DNA of 39,603 nt. Origin: Actinobacteria bacterium UBA7398. Its GTDB lineage: Bacteria > Actinomycetota > Actinomycetes > Nanopelagicales > Nanopelagicaceae. Location of the stretch: assembly GCA_002470135.1 (NCBI GenBank), contig DKNC01000067.1:18836-58438 (forward strand). The letters are read 5' to 3'. Below the pieces are notes generated by a model. That model worked only from the letters and a program-made list of their open reading frames with translations. It was not told the DNA's origin and ran no database searches. The position numbers and the translations under genes were made by a program. How positions within the stretch are numbered: position 1 is the stretch's first letter; every line of letters starts with the position of its first letter. Shown piece after piece: positions 26,347-34,565 of the stretch.

Positions 26347-28242
26347 ATGTTTTCGAAGGGGGTAGCGACCGGCATTCCTGATCCTGGCACGTTCGTAACT
26401 TTACTTACCCCCATTGCAAATTTTTTCAGCATAAGTTTTGGCGTAGGCGTCATCGGCTTGCTTTTTTCGATTAGCTTTCTACATTTAGAAACGAACGGTT
26501 TCTTACGAAATTCAGCGATAAATAATTTAAAGTGGATAAGTACTTTTGCAATTCTCTGGGCGCTCTCTGAGATGTTGGTAATTTTATTAACGCTTAGTAA
26601 TCTTTTGGCTCAACCGATTACCGCTTCTTTGGATTTAACTTCGATTCGTTCTTACTTATCGCAAACCTCACTCGGTAAAGCTCAATTAACCCAACTTGTT
26701 ATTGCGCTAGTAATCGCAATTGTAATTCCAATAATTCGCAATATTCGAGGATCGATTGCGCTCTTCATACTTGGAATGGCTGGAATTATTACCCCAATAT
26801 TTCAAAGCCACGGTAGTGAATCTGGACTGCACGGTTTAGCTATTGGTTCGCTGATATTCCACGTTATTGGAATTACGCTCTGGGTTGGTGGCTTGGTTTC
26901 ACTATTTTTCATTGCACCAGAAGTTAGAAATATTGTGCTGCCGAGGTTTAGCGGAGTAGCGTTATGGGCAGCAATTATCGTTTCGGTAAGTGGGGTTGCA
27001 AATGCATGGACTCGACTTAATTTTATTTCTGCTTGGAGTTCTAAATACGCATATATCGTGATTGCAAAAACGGTATTAACTGCGATTCTAATTGGAATTG
27101 GCTATAAACATCGCAAATTTATAATTAATAATCTAACCGGCACCCCTGCGATGATCCGTCTGATTTTTAACGAGCTTTTCATCATGTTTGTAGCAATCGC
27201 ACTTGGCACTTGGTTATCAATCTCGGCCCCGCCATTAGTTAATGGCGTAGAGCTCGACGTTGATCGAGCTCTTTCAATTACCGGTATCCGAGCGCCGGCA
27301 GCGCCAACACTAAGTAATTTACTTTTAGGATATGAAGCAGATGGTTTTATTCTCGGCGCACTTTTAGTTTTTACTTTTCTATACATTCGTGGAGTTGTAC
27401 TTTTGAGCAAACAAGGTGTTAAGTGGCCAATAGGACGAACAATTTCATTTGCGCTTGGGATTGCGGCGATTGATTACGCAACAAGTGGTGGACTTGGACT
27501 CTATTCACATTTTGCATTTTCGTTTCACATGATTGCGCACATGATTTTAGGGATGATTGCGCCAATCGGAATAATTTTAGGAGCACCAATAACGCTCGCG
27601 CTTCGGGTCTTTCCTGCCGGCAGAGATGAAAACGAGCGCGGTGTAAAAGGTTTGTTAGTTGCAATTTTGCACTCGAAACCAGTTGCCGTTTTGACCCATC
27701 CAATAGTTGCACTGGCGCTCTTTGATGGTTCGTTATTCATTATGTATTTCACTTCGCTCTTTGGAAATTTGATGACGGGTCATTTTGGCCACCTATTTAT
27801 GAATATCCACTTCATATTAGCTGGAATGCTTTTTTTCCATGTAATTGTAGGAATTGATCCAAATCCTAGAAAAGTTCCACATCTAGTTCGAATCATCGTG
27901 CTTTTTGCAGCCATGAGCATTCATGCCTTCTTTTCCATCGCTTTAATGTCATCAACCTCGTTATTAGATGGTGGCTATTTCGCATCGTTACAACGGCCAT
28001 GGTTTGTGGATTTATTCGCTGACCAAAAACTTGGCGGATCTATTGGCTGGGCAATGGGTGAAATTCCAATCATAATTGCGTTGATTGCAACTTTTATTCA
28101 ATGGGTTCGTGATGATGCCCGTGAAGCTAAGCGCTTTGATCGCAACGCAGATCGGTTGGTTTCTGCTGGGAAACCAGATGAGCTAGCTGAGTACAACAAA
28201 TACCTAGCTAAATTAGCCGAGAATGATCGGCGTAAAAATTAA
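26347..28242 (+). CDS. CopD-domain / cytochrome c oxidase assembly factor CtaG (caa3-type) fusion membrane protein
   Basis: 631 aa and polytopic. It lies immediately after the CopC-like gene (2-nt gap). This architecture is commonly annotated in Actinobacteria as a bifunctional CopD/CtaG protein. The domain assignment comes from context and hydrophobicity pattern, not from an HMM. Confidence 0.7.
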   Translation: MFSKGVATGIPDPGTFVTLLTPIANFFSISFGVGVIGLLFSISFLHLETNGFLRNSAINNLKWISTFAILWALSEMLVILLTLSNLLAQPITASLDLTSIRSYLSQTSLGKAQLTQLVIALVIAIVIPIIRNIRGSIALFILGMAGIITPIFQSHGSESGLHGLAIGSLIFHVIGITLWVGGLVSLFFIAPEVRNIVLPRFSGVALWAAIIVSVSGVANAWTRLNFISAWSSKYAYIVIAKTVLTAILIGIGYKHRKFIINNLTGTPAMIRLIFNELFIMFVAIALGTWLSISAPPLVNGVELDVDRALSITGIRAPAAPTLSNLLLGYEADGFILGALLVFTFLYIRGVVLLSKQGVKWPIGRTISFALGIAAIDYATSGGLGLYSHFAFSFHMIAHMILGMIAPIGIILGAPITLALRVFPAGRDENERGVKGLLVAILHSKPVAVLTHPIVALALFDGSLFIMYFTSLFGNLMTGHFGHLFMNIHFILAGMLFFHVIVGIDPNPRKVPHLVRIIVLFAAMSIHAFFSIALMSSTSLLDGGYFASLQRPWFVDLFADQKLGGSIGWAMGEIPIIIALIATFIQWVRDDAREAKRFDRNADRLVSAGKPDELAEYNKYLAKLAENDRRKN

Positions 28243-28284
28243 TTCAGATTGGACGGAATAGCGAAGAAGTGGCTTAATTGCCTT

Positions 28285-29433
28285 ATGGAATCGCTCTTCA
28301 AACTACCTGATGAATATAAAGCTTTACGCGAAAGCGCTCGAGCACTTTCAGAGAAGAAAATTGCACCTTTTGCACAAGATGTAGATGCGAATTCGAGATT
28401 TCCACAAGAAGCAAGAGATGCATTGCAAGCAGCCGGATTATTAGCAGCGCACGTACCTACCGAATTTGGTGGCGAAGGTGCAGATTCACTTGGCGTTGTA
28501 ATTATTATTGAAGAAGTTGCAAGAGTTTGTGCTTCATCTTCATTACTGCCAGCCGTAAATAAATTAGGATCATTGCCGTTAATGCTTGCCGGAACCCCAG
28601 AACAGAAGAAACGTTGGCTAACACCGTTAGCTCAAGGCAAGGGTTTTTCTTACTGTTTATCAGAATCAGAAGCGGGTTCTGATGCTAGCGCTATGAAAAC
28701 TAAAGCAATTAAGAGTGCGACTGGCTGGACTTTAAATGGCAGCAAGAAATGGATTTCAAATGCGGGAAGTTCTGAGTTTTATACAGTTTTAGCAAGTACT
28801 GATCCAAGTAAAGGCTCAAAAGGAATCTCAGCATTTGTCGTAGAGAAGAGCGATCCCGGTGTTTCGTTTGGCGCACTAGAAAAAAAGATGGGATTTAAAG
28901 GCTCACCAACTCGTGAAGTTTATTTTGATAATGTAGAACTTAATGATGATCGCAGACTTGGCGAAGTAGGTTCTGGATTCGCACTAGCTATGCAGACCTT
29001 AGATCACACCCGAATCACGATTGCGGCTCAGGCGCTAGGCATAGCCCAAGGCGCTTTTGAAGTGGCGACAAAGTATTCGCATGAGCGTAAGCAATTTGGG
29101 AAAGAGATATTCGATTTCCAAGGCGTGCAATTTATGTTGGCTGATATGGCCATGGAAATTACTGCAGCTCGAGAACTAACTTATGCTGCAGCTGCAAGAA
29201 GTGAACGAAATGATCCAGATTTAACTTTTTATTCCGCAGCGTGTAAATGTTTTGCCTCAGATGTAGCGATGCGTGTCACGACAAATGCTGTGCAGATACT
29301 CGGCGGCTATGGATATGTAAATGATTATCCAGTCGAGCGAATGATGCGAGATGCTAAATTAACCCAAATTTATGAAGGCACAAACCAGGTACAAAGAATT
29401 GTAATGGCTCGACATTTAGATGATGTCAATTAA
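28285..29433 (+). CDS. Acyl-CoA dehydrogenase (short/medium-chain type)
   Basis: Start at ATG 28285 (MESLFKLPDEY). ACAD patterns include CLSESEAGSDA, GGYGYVNDYPVER and the catalytic-base context QIYEGTNQVQR. Confidence 0.9.
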   Translation: MESLFKLPDEYKALRESARALSEKKIAPFAQDVDANSRFPQEARDALQAAGLLAAHVPTEFGGEGADSLGVVIIIEEVARVCASSSLLPAVNKLGSLPLMLAGTPEQKKRWLTPLAQGKGFSYCLSESEAGSDASAMKTKAIKSATGWTLNGSKKWISNAGSSEFYTVLASTDPSKGSKGISAFVVEKSDPGVSFGALEKKMGFKGSPTREVYFDNVELNDDRRLGEVGSGFALAMQTLDHTRITIAAQALGIAQGAFEVATKYSHERKQFGKEIFDFQGVQFMLADMAMEITAARELTYAAAARSERNDPDLTFYSAACKCFASDVAMRVTTNAVQILGGYGYVNDYPVERMMRDAKLTQIYEGTNQVQRIVMARHLDDVN

Positions 29434-30001
29434 TGTTTTTGCTAAACCTAACTAAAATTTCTGGGGTAGCTGCAGCATCTAATGTTTGATCATGCACTTC
29501 TTGTGGGAGTTCGATGCTGGTTAATTCACCTTGATATATCAGCGCCACTTTAAATCCCGTGATGAGCGATAACGCGCGATCATAATAACCGCCACCTTGA
29601 CCCATTCTATTTCCGCTGTGATCTGCCTGAAGTGCTGGCACAAGCACAAGATCAATATTTTTAATTCGCTCTGGCGCAATTGCATCACCAATAGGTTCCA
29701 TTATGTTTTTATTTCTCTTTAAAGTTTCGATTTTACCTTTCCAAATAACCCAATCAAGAAAATTATCGCTACGCATTCTCGGTAATAATAAAGTTTTTCC
29801 ACTCTCTAATATTGTTTGATTCAAACCGTTAGTATCTGGCTCGTCCCCATAAGAAATATATGAAGCAATCATGGTCGCACTCTTAAATTCGATGGAATCA
29901 ATTAAGTGGTTCCATGTGACCGGTTGCACCAAAAATTTGCGATCCGCTCGGAAACTTTGCCGAAGCGATTTTTTCTTGGCTCCATTTGTTGGAAGTTCCA
30001 T
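29426..30001 (-). CDS. 5-formyltetrahydrofolate cyclo-ligase
   Basis: 191 aa with the family signature GQGGGYYDR and upstream LLLPRM. The 3' end overlaps the ACAD gene by 8 nt in convergent orientation. Confidence 0.85.
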   Translation of the reverse strand: MELPTNGAKKKSLRQSFRADRKFLVQPVTWNHLIDSIEFKSATMIASYISYGDEPDTNGLNQTILESGKTLLLPRMRSDNFLDWVIWKGKIETLKRNKNIMEPIGDAIAPERIKNIDLVLVPALQADHSGNRMGQGGGYYDRALSLITGFKVALIYQGELTSIELPQEVHDQTLDAAATPEILVRFSKNIN

Positions 30002-30034
30002 GGGATTAGCCTAGATTCAAAGTAGAGTTTAGGC

Positions 30035-30955
30035 ATGAACGAAAGAATTAAAGTTAGTGAGTTTGCGCAAGCGCTTTTGGAACTTTCTAAACCGATTGAC
30101 CCTTTTGATATGCCATTGCTTGATGCGCACGGCGCCACTCTTGCGCGGGACGTTTATGCTGGCGAGCGATTAGTTCTGCGGGAAGGTTCAAGAATTAGAT
30201 CTACCCAAATTGGCTTGGCCGCTTCAATCGGACTTGATCGCCTGCCAACACGGCCACAACCTCGAGTAGTTGTTATTTCCGCTGGAGATGACTTAGTTGA
30301 ACCTGGCCAAAAATTGATTGACGCCAATGATGAGTTTGAAACAAATTCTTGGTTGTTGACGACTGCAGTAAAAGAAGCCGGCGCTGTTGGTTATCGAGTT
30401 CATATGATTCCGGAAACTGACGCAGCTTTGAAAGATATTATCGAAGACCAACTAGTGCGGGCAGATTTAATTGTAATTAGTGGCGAACGGGAAGATGAAT
30501 CCTTTGATTTGATAACCAGAGTGCTACAACAACTTGGCACAGTTACCGCAGTAACACCAAATATTGAGGCTAGCGGAAATCACAACTACGGAACAATTGG
30601 TCCAGATAAAACCCCAGTTGTAACACTTCCCGGAGATCCAATCTCAGCTTATATCTCAGCCGAACTTTTTATTCGTCCCATGATTAGAAGTATGATGGGG
30701 CTGCATGATTTACATCGCCCAGTAATTAAAACAAAACTTACAAATGATGTTTTGAGTGAAGCCGGCGTTCACTCATTCATCAGAGCAGTTTTTCCAAGCG
30801 AAGCTGATAAATCTAAAGTCACCGCAATTGAGAACCAATCTGATTTAGTTGGTCTCTCTGATGCACATGGCTTAATTGTAATTCCAGAAGACCTCACGAA
30901 TGTAAAAGCTGGTAGCGAGGTAGACCTACTTTTGTTAGAGCGCCGATTTAACTAA
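30035..30955 (+). CDS. Shortened, motif-degenerate MoeA-like protein (candidate gephyrin-like Glp)
   Basis: 306 aa against about 400 for MoeA. It aligns to MoeA N-terminal, MoCF-binding and C-terminal regions (SAGDDLVEPG, TLPGDPISAY, AGSEVDLLLL). It lacks the segment carrying PxFDNSAMDGYA, and has SGEREDESFD in place of SGGVSVGxxD. Confidence 0.7.
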   Translation: MNERIKVSEFAQALLELSKPIDPFDMPLLDAHGATLARDVYAGERLVLREGSRIRSTQIGLAASIGLDRLPTRPQPRVVVISAGDDLVEPGQKLIDANDEFETNSWLLTTAVKEAGAVGYRVHMIPETDAALKDIIEDQLVRADLIVISGEREDESFDLITRVLQQLGTVTAVTPNIEASGNHNYGTIGPDKTPVVTLPGDPISAYISAELFIRPMIRSMMGLHDLHRPVIKTKLTNDVLSEAGVHSFIRAVFPSEADKSKVTAIENQSDLVGLSDAHGLIVIPEDLTNVKAGSEVDLLLLERRFN

Positions 30956-30956
30956 C

Positions 30957-31529
30957 ATGACCAGGAAATCAAAGGCACCATGGCCGGTAGTTATAACGGA
31001 TGGAACTTTAGTTTTAAGACCACTTAGGTTTCGTGACCGCGGTGTTTGGCTGGCCAGCCGCCGATTTAATCGTGAATGGTTACAACCCTGGGAAGCAACC
31101 GCTCCAATCAATAAAGTGGATTCTGCATTGCCGTCATATTTCGAAATGGTCTTGCACCATAATCGTGAAGGTAGGGCGGAACGGGCGTTGTCACTAGCAA
31201 TTTGGAACGATGCCGAATTTATTGGTCAAATTACGTTAGGCGGAATTGCTTTCGGCGCATATCGCGGTGGCCACATTGGCTATTGGATCGACCAAAGATC
31301 GGCTAATAAAGGATTGACTACAAGAGCGGTAAAAGCTCTCACCAAGTATGGATTTGATGAAATGCAATTACACCGAATTGAGATTAATTTGCGCCCCGAG
31401 AACGGCGCATCCCGAAAAGTGGCGGAAAAAGCTGGATATAAATTAGAAGGAACTAGAGCTAATTTTTTACATATCGACGGGGATTGGCGCGACCACATTA
31501 CTTTTGTGGCAGAAAATCCTAGAATTTAA
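30957..31529 (+). CDS. rimJ: GNAT N-acetyltransferase, RimJ/RimL-like
   Basis: 190 aa. LHRIEINLRPENGASRKVAEKAGYKLEG is typical of the RimJ/L subfamily. It sits after the MoeA-like gene, as rimJ (Rv0995) does in M. tuberculosis. Confidence 0.8.
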   Translation: MTRKSKAPWPVVITDGTLVLRPLRFRDRGVWLASRRFNREWLQPWEATAPINKVDSALPSYFEMVLHHNREGRAERALSLAIWNDAEFIGQITLGGIAFGAYRGGHIGYWIDQRSANKGLTTRAVKALTKYGFDEMQLHRIEINLRPENGASRKVAEKAGYKLEGTRANFLHIDGDWRDHITFVAENPRI

Positions 31530-31601
31530 ATTTAAAAAGATTGGCGAAATTAGGTACGAAATACCCGATTAGTCCGGTTTCTCCGTTTATCTTTATCCAT
31601 C

Positions 31602-32411
31602 ATGGGTTCAGGTTTAATCTATCTAATCATTGTCGGGATGTGGATTTCCTATTTTCTGCCGAGATGGGTTTCAAACCACGAAGAAGTATCCGGTAAATCT
31701 GTTGAAAGATTTAAAAATAGCATGGCAGCAGTGGCTCATAGTTCTGGAGTTCCAACTGAAGTAGAACTTGCCATGGAAAATGAACACCAACTTTTGATGC
31801 GCAGAATTTCATTTACATCGCTATCAACGCTCCTAATAATTAGTGGAATTCTTTCCGTATTTAAATTGTTATCTCCAATTGCGATCTTGTTGCCAGTCTC
31901 TGGCTTAATTTTATTTGTGGTCCATGTACGCCGCCAAATATCTGCACTTAATCACGTGGCTCGCACCCAAAGAATTATTTCTAATAATTCAGATTCACCA
32001 TCATCAACAAATTATGCAGAATTAATAAACAATTCAAAAATTACCGTCGAACGTAGAATTCAAGATACTTCTCAATATGAAATAAGTGATCAATGGATCC
32101 CATTAGCAGATCGGGTTGAAAAGATTTCGCAAGAACTTTCTGGAATAACTTTGCTACCTAAAGGAAGTTCCCAAACCCGGGAAACTTGGGAACCACAGAA
32201 CGTGCCGCTCCCAACTTACGTCAGTGCACCTAAAGCAATCACTCCTAAACGTATTATCGATTTAACAATTCCAGGTGCATGGAGCGAAGAGCAAGAAAAA
32301 TTACGTGCAGTACTAGATGCAGTAGCACCTACAAGAGATCAAATATTCGATCAAGAACTTGCTGATCAAGCAGCCGAAGCGCTACGTGCGAACCGCGCTG
32401 CCAACGAATAA
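31602..32411 (+). CDS. Membrane protein of unknown function (candidate GlpR/Rv0996-like)
   Basis: 269 aa. N-terminal TM GLIYLIIVGMWISYFLPRW, two more TM segments around residues 70-107, and a hydrophilic C-terminal half containing WEPQNVPLPTYVSAP. The assignment is positional only. Confidence 0.45.
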   Translation: MGSGLIYLIIVGMWISYFLPRWVSNHEEVSGKSVERFKNSMAAVAHSSGVPTEVELAMENEHQLLMRRISFTSLSTLLIISGILSVFKLLSPIAILLPVSGLILFVVHVRRQISALNHVARTQRIISNNSDSPSSTNYAELINNSKITVERRIQDTSQYEISDQWIPLADRVEKISQELSGITLLPKGSSQTRETWEPQNVPLPTYVSAPKAITPKRIIDLTIPGAWSEEQEKLRAVLDAVAPTRDQIFDQELADQAAEALRANRAANE

Positions 32412-32417
32412 AAATAT

Positions 32418-33701
32418 TTAAATCCAGCTGTTAAACCACATTCTGGCGTGCCAATCATCATAAGTAGTAATTGTTGCTACAAATACTGGAAAGAAATAGA
32501 GAAAGCAAAGCGCAACTGCAACATGGAGCCCGATTAAAGCCGTTTTTCTAGCCTTATAAGTCAGAGGATCTTCTAATAGCTTGGCAAAGCAGTAAATGAG
32601 AGCCAAAATTAGAAAGGGTTCAAAGACCACTGCATAAAACGAAAATACAGTTCGCTTTTGAAAGAAGAACCAAGGTAAATAACCCGCTGCTATGCCAGCC
32701 AATATTAGCCCAGCTAATTTTTCGCGACGGCTAACAAAATATCCAAAAGTTACAAATAACGCAGCAGCGCCGAGCCACCAAAGCAAGGGCGTGCCAAGTG
32801 CGACAACTTCTTGGGCGCATGATGAACTTCCACAAGTATTTGGTGATTGGTAATAGAAAGATGTTGGTCGTCCAAGTATTAACCAACTCCATGGGTTTGC
32901 TGAATATGAATGTGCTTCGGTTAATCCAGTGTGAAAATTTAACATCTCGGCGTGATAGTGCCAGAGTGAACGTATTGGTGCTGGAATAAATGAAAATAAT
33001 CCGCCGCGTTCATCAGCCCATTGCCGATCCCATCCGCGTTTTGAAAAAATCCAACCACTCCATGAAAAAATATAGATTAGCGAAGGTATAAAAAATAATT
33101 GGGTAATCCGTTTTAAAATTTTGTTTACGTTCCTATTTTTAATTTCAAAGAAGAGCGCAATTGCTAATAGCGTCAGTAAATAGTAGATACCACTCCATTT
33201 TGCGCCAATCGCTAGCCCTAATGTAATTCCGGTCCACCAGTATTTTTCTCTAATAAAAGTAAAAAACGCCAACAGAACAAAGAACATCAGATAAATATCT
33301 AATAGCGCGGTCCGAGAGAGCACTAGGTGTAATCCATCCAGCGCCATCATTGCTGCGGCGCTTGTGGCTAAGAAAATTGAATTAAAAAGTTGCTTAGCGA
33401 TTAAATAGATTAAGGCAATAGAGAGCGTGCCGAGAAGCGCACCCATAAATCGCCAGCCGAATTCATTATCTCCAAATAATTTAATCCCGATTGAAATCAT
33501 CCATTTTCCGATTGGAGGATGCACAATAAATTCTGGTGATGTTTTATCGACTTCGACGCCATACTTCAAATAATCCTTTGCGCCATCAACGTAATAAACT
33601 TCATCAAAAACGTATCCTTTTGGCGTTGCTAGATTCCAGAACCTAGTTATCGCGGCAAATAGCGTGATCGTAATTAAGGTGAATTGTTCGCGCACTCGCA
33701 T
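32418..33701 (-). CDS. pmt: Dolichyl/polyprenyl-phosphate-mannose protein O-mannosyltransferase (PMT family), compact form
   Basis: 427 aa and polytopic. Loop-1 acidic motif YVFDEVYYVDGA. Positioned next to rsmI, as Rv1002c is next to Rv1003. Confidence 0.8.
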   Translation of the reverse strand: MRVREQFTLITITLFAAITRFWNLATPKGYVFDEVYYVDGAKDYLKYGVEVDKTSPEFIVHPPIGKWMISIGIKLFGDNEFGWRFMGALLGTLSIALIYLIAKQLFNSIFLATSAAAMMALDGLHLVLSRTALLDIYLMFFVLLAFFTFIREKYWWTGITLGLAIGAKWSGIYYLLTLLAIALFFEIKNRNVNKILKRITQLFFIPSLIYIFSWSGWIFSKRGWDRQWADERGGLFSFIPAPIRSLWHYHAEMLNFHTGLTEAHSYSANPWSWLILGRPTSFYYQSPNTCGSSSCAQEVVALGTPLLWWLGAAALFVTFGYFVSRREKLAGLILAGIAAGYLPWFFFQKRTVFSFYAVVFEPFLILALIYCFAKLLEDPLTYKARKTALIGLHVAVALCFLYFFPVFVATITTYDDWHARMWFNSWI

Positions 33702-33715
33702 GACACAATTAGAGC

Positions 33716-34558
33716 ATGGCGAACCTGATTTTGGCAGCAGTCCCGTTGGGAAATCCCGGAGATGCTTCTAAAAGATTAATCGAAGCGCTACTTTCCGCAC
33801 GAGTAATTGCTGCAGAAGATTCCCGAAAACTTTCCCGATTATGTAAAGACTTAGGGATTACTCATACCGCGCGGGTCATTTCATTTTTCGAAGGAAATGA
33901 AAGCGAGCGTGTTGTTGAGTTACTTGAAATATTAAAAAGTGGAATTGATGTTTTAGTAGTAACCGATGCCGGTATGCCAAGCGTAAGCGACCCCGGATAT
34001 AGGTTGGTGCGGGTCGCAATTGATAATGAAATAGGTGTAAAAGTTTTGCCGGGACCAAGCGCCGTTCTAACTGCGTTAGCTATTTCCGGACTACCGACGG
34101 ATCGCTTCTGTTTTGAAGGCTTTGCACCGCGAACATCTGGTGCTCGAGATACTTGGTTTCAGAAACTTGCGGAAGAAGAACGAACGATTGTGTTTTTTGA
34201 AGCGCCACATCGGTTGCACGAATCTTTAATTGCAGCAGCAGGTGCGTTAGGTAGTGATCGCGATGCCGTTATTTGTAGAGAACTTACCAAAACTTACGAA
34301 GAAATTGTTCGTGGAAAACTTGACCAATTAATTGTATGGGCTAGTGAAAAAGAAATACTTGGTGAAATAACGCTAGTAATTGCTGGATTTAATCCAAGTA
34401 GCCGTGAATTTGTCCCAGCTGAGATCATTGCAAAAGTTTTAGCGAAAGAGAGCGCGGGTGAGCTGCGAAAATCTGCAATTCAAGCAGTCGCACAAGAGTT
34501 ACATCTACCCAAGCGCGAAGTTTTTGACCTGATGGTGAAATATAAAAACGAATCCTGA
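33716..34558 (+). CDS. rsmI: 16S rRNA (cytidine1402-2'-O)-methyltransferase
   Basis: 280 aa. Contains GNPGDASKRLIEAL...VIAAEDSRK, VTDAGMPSVSDPG and LPGPSAVLTALAISGLP. Confidence 0.92.
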   Translation: MANLILAAVPLGNPGDASKRLIEALLSARVIAAEDSRKLSRLCKDLGITHTARVISFFEGNESERVVELLEILKSGIDVLVVTDAGMPSVSDPGYRLVRVAIDNEIGVKVLPGPSAVLTALAISGLPTDRFCFEGFAPRTSGARDTWFQKLAEEERTIVFFEAPHRLHESLIAAAGALGSDRDAVICRELTKTYEEIVRGKLDQLIVWASEKEILGEITLVIAGFNPSSREFVPAEIIAKVLAKESAGELRKSAIQAVAQELHLPKREVFDLMVKYKNES

Positions 34559-34565
34559 TTAGAAT

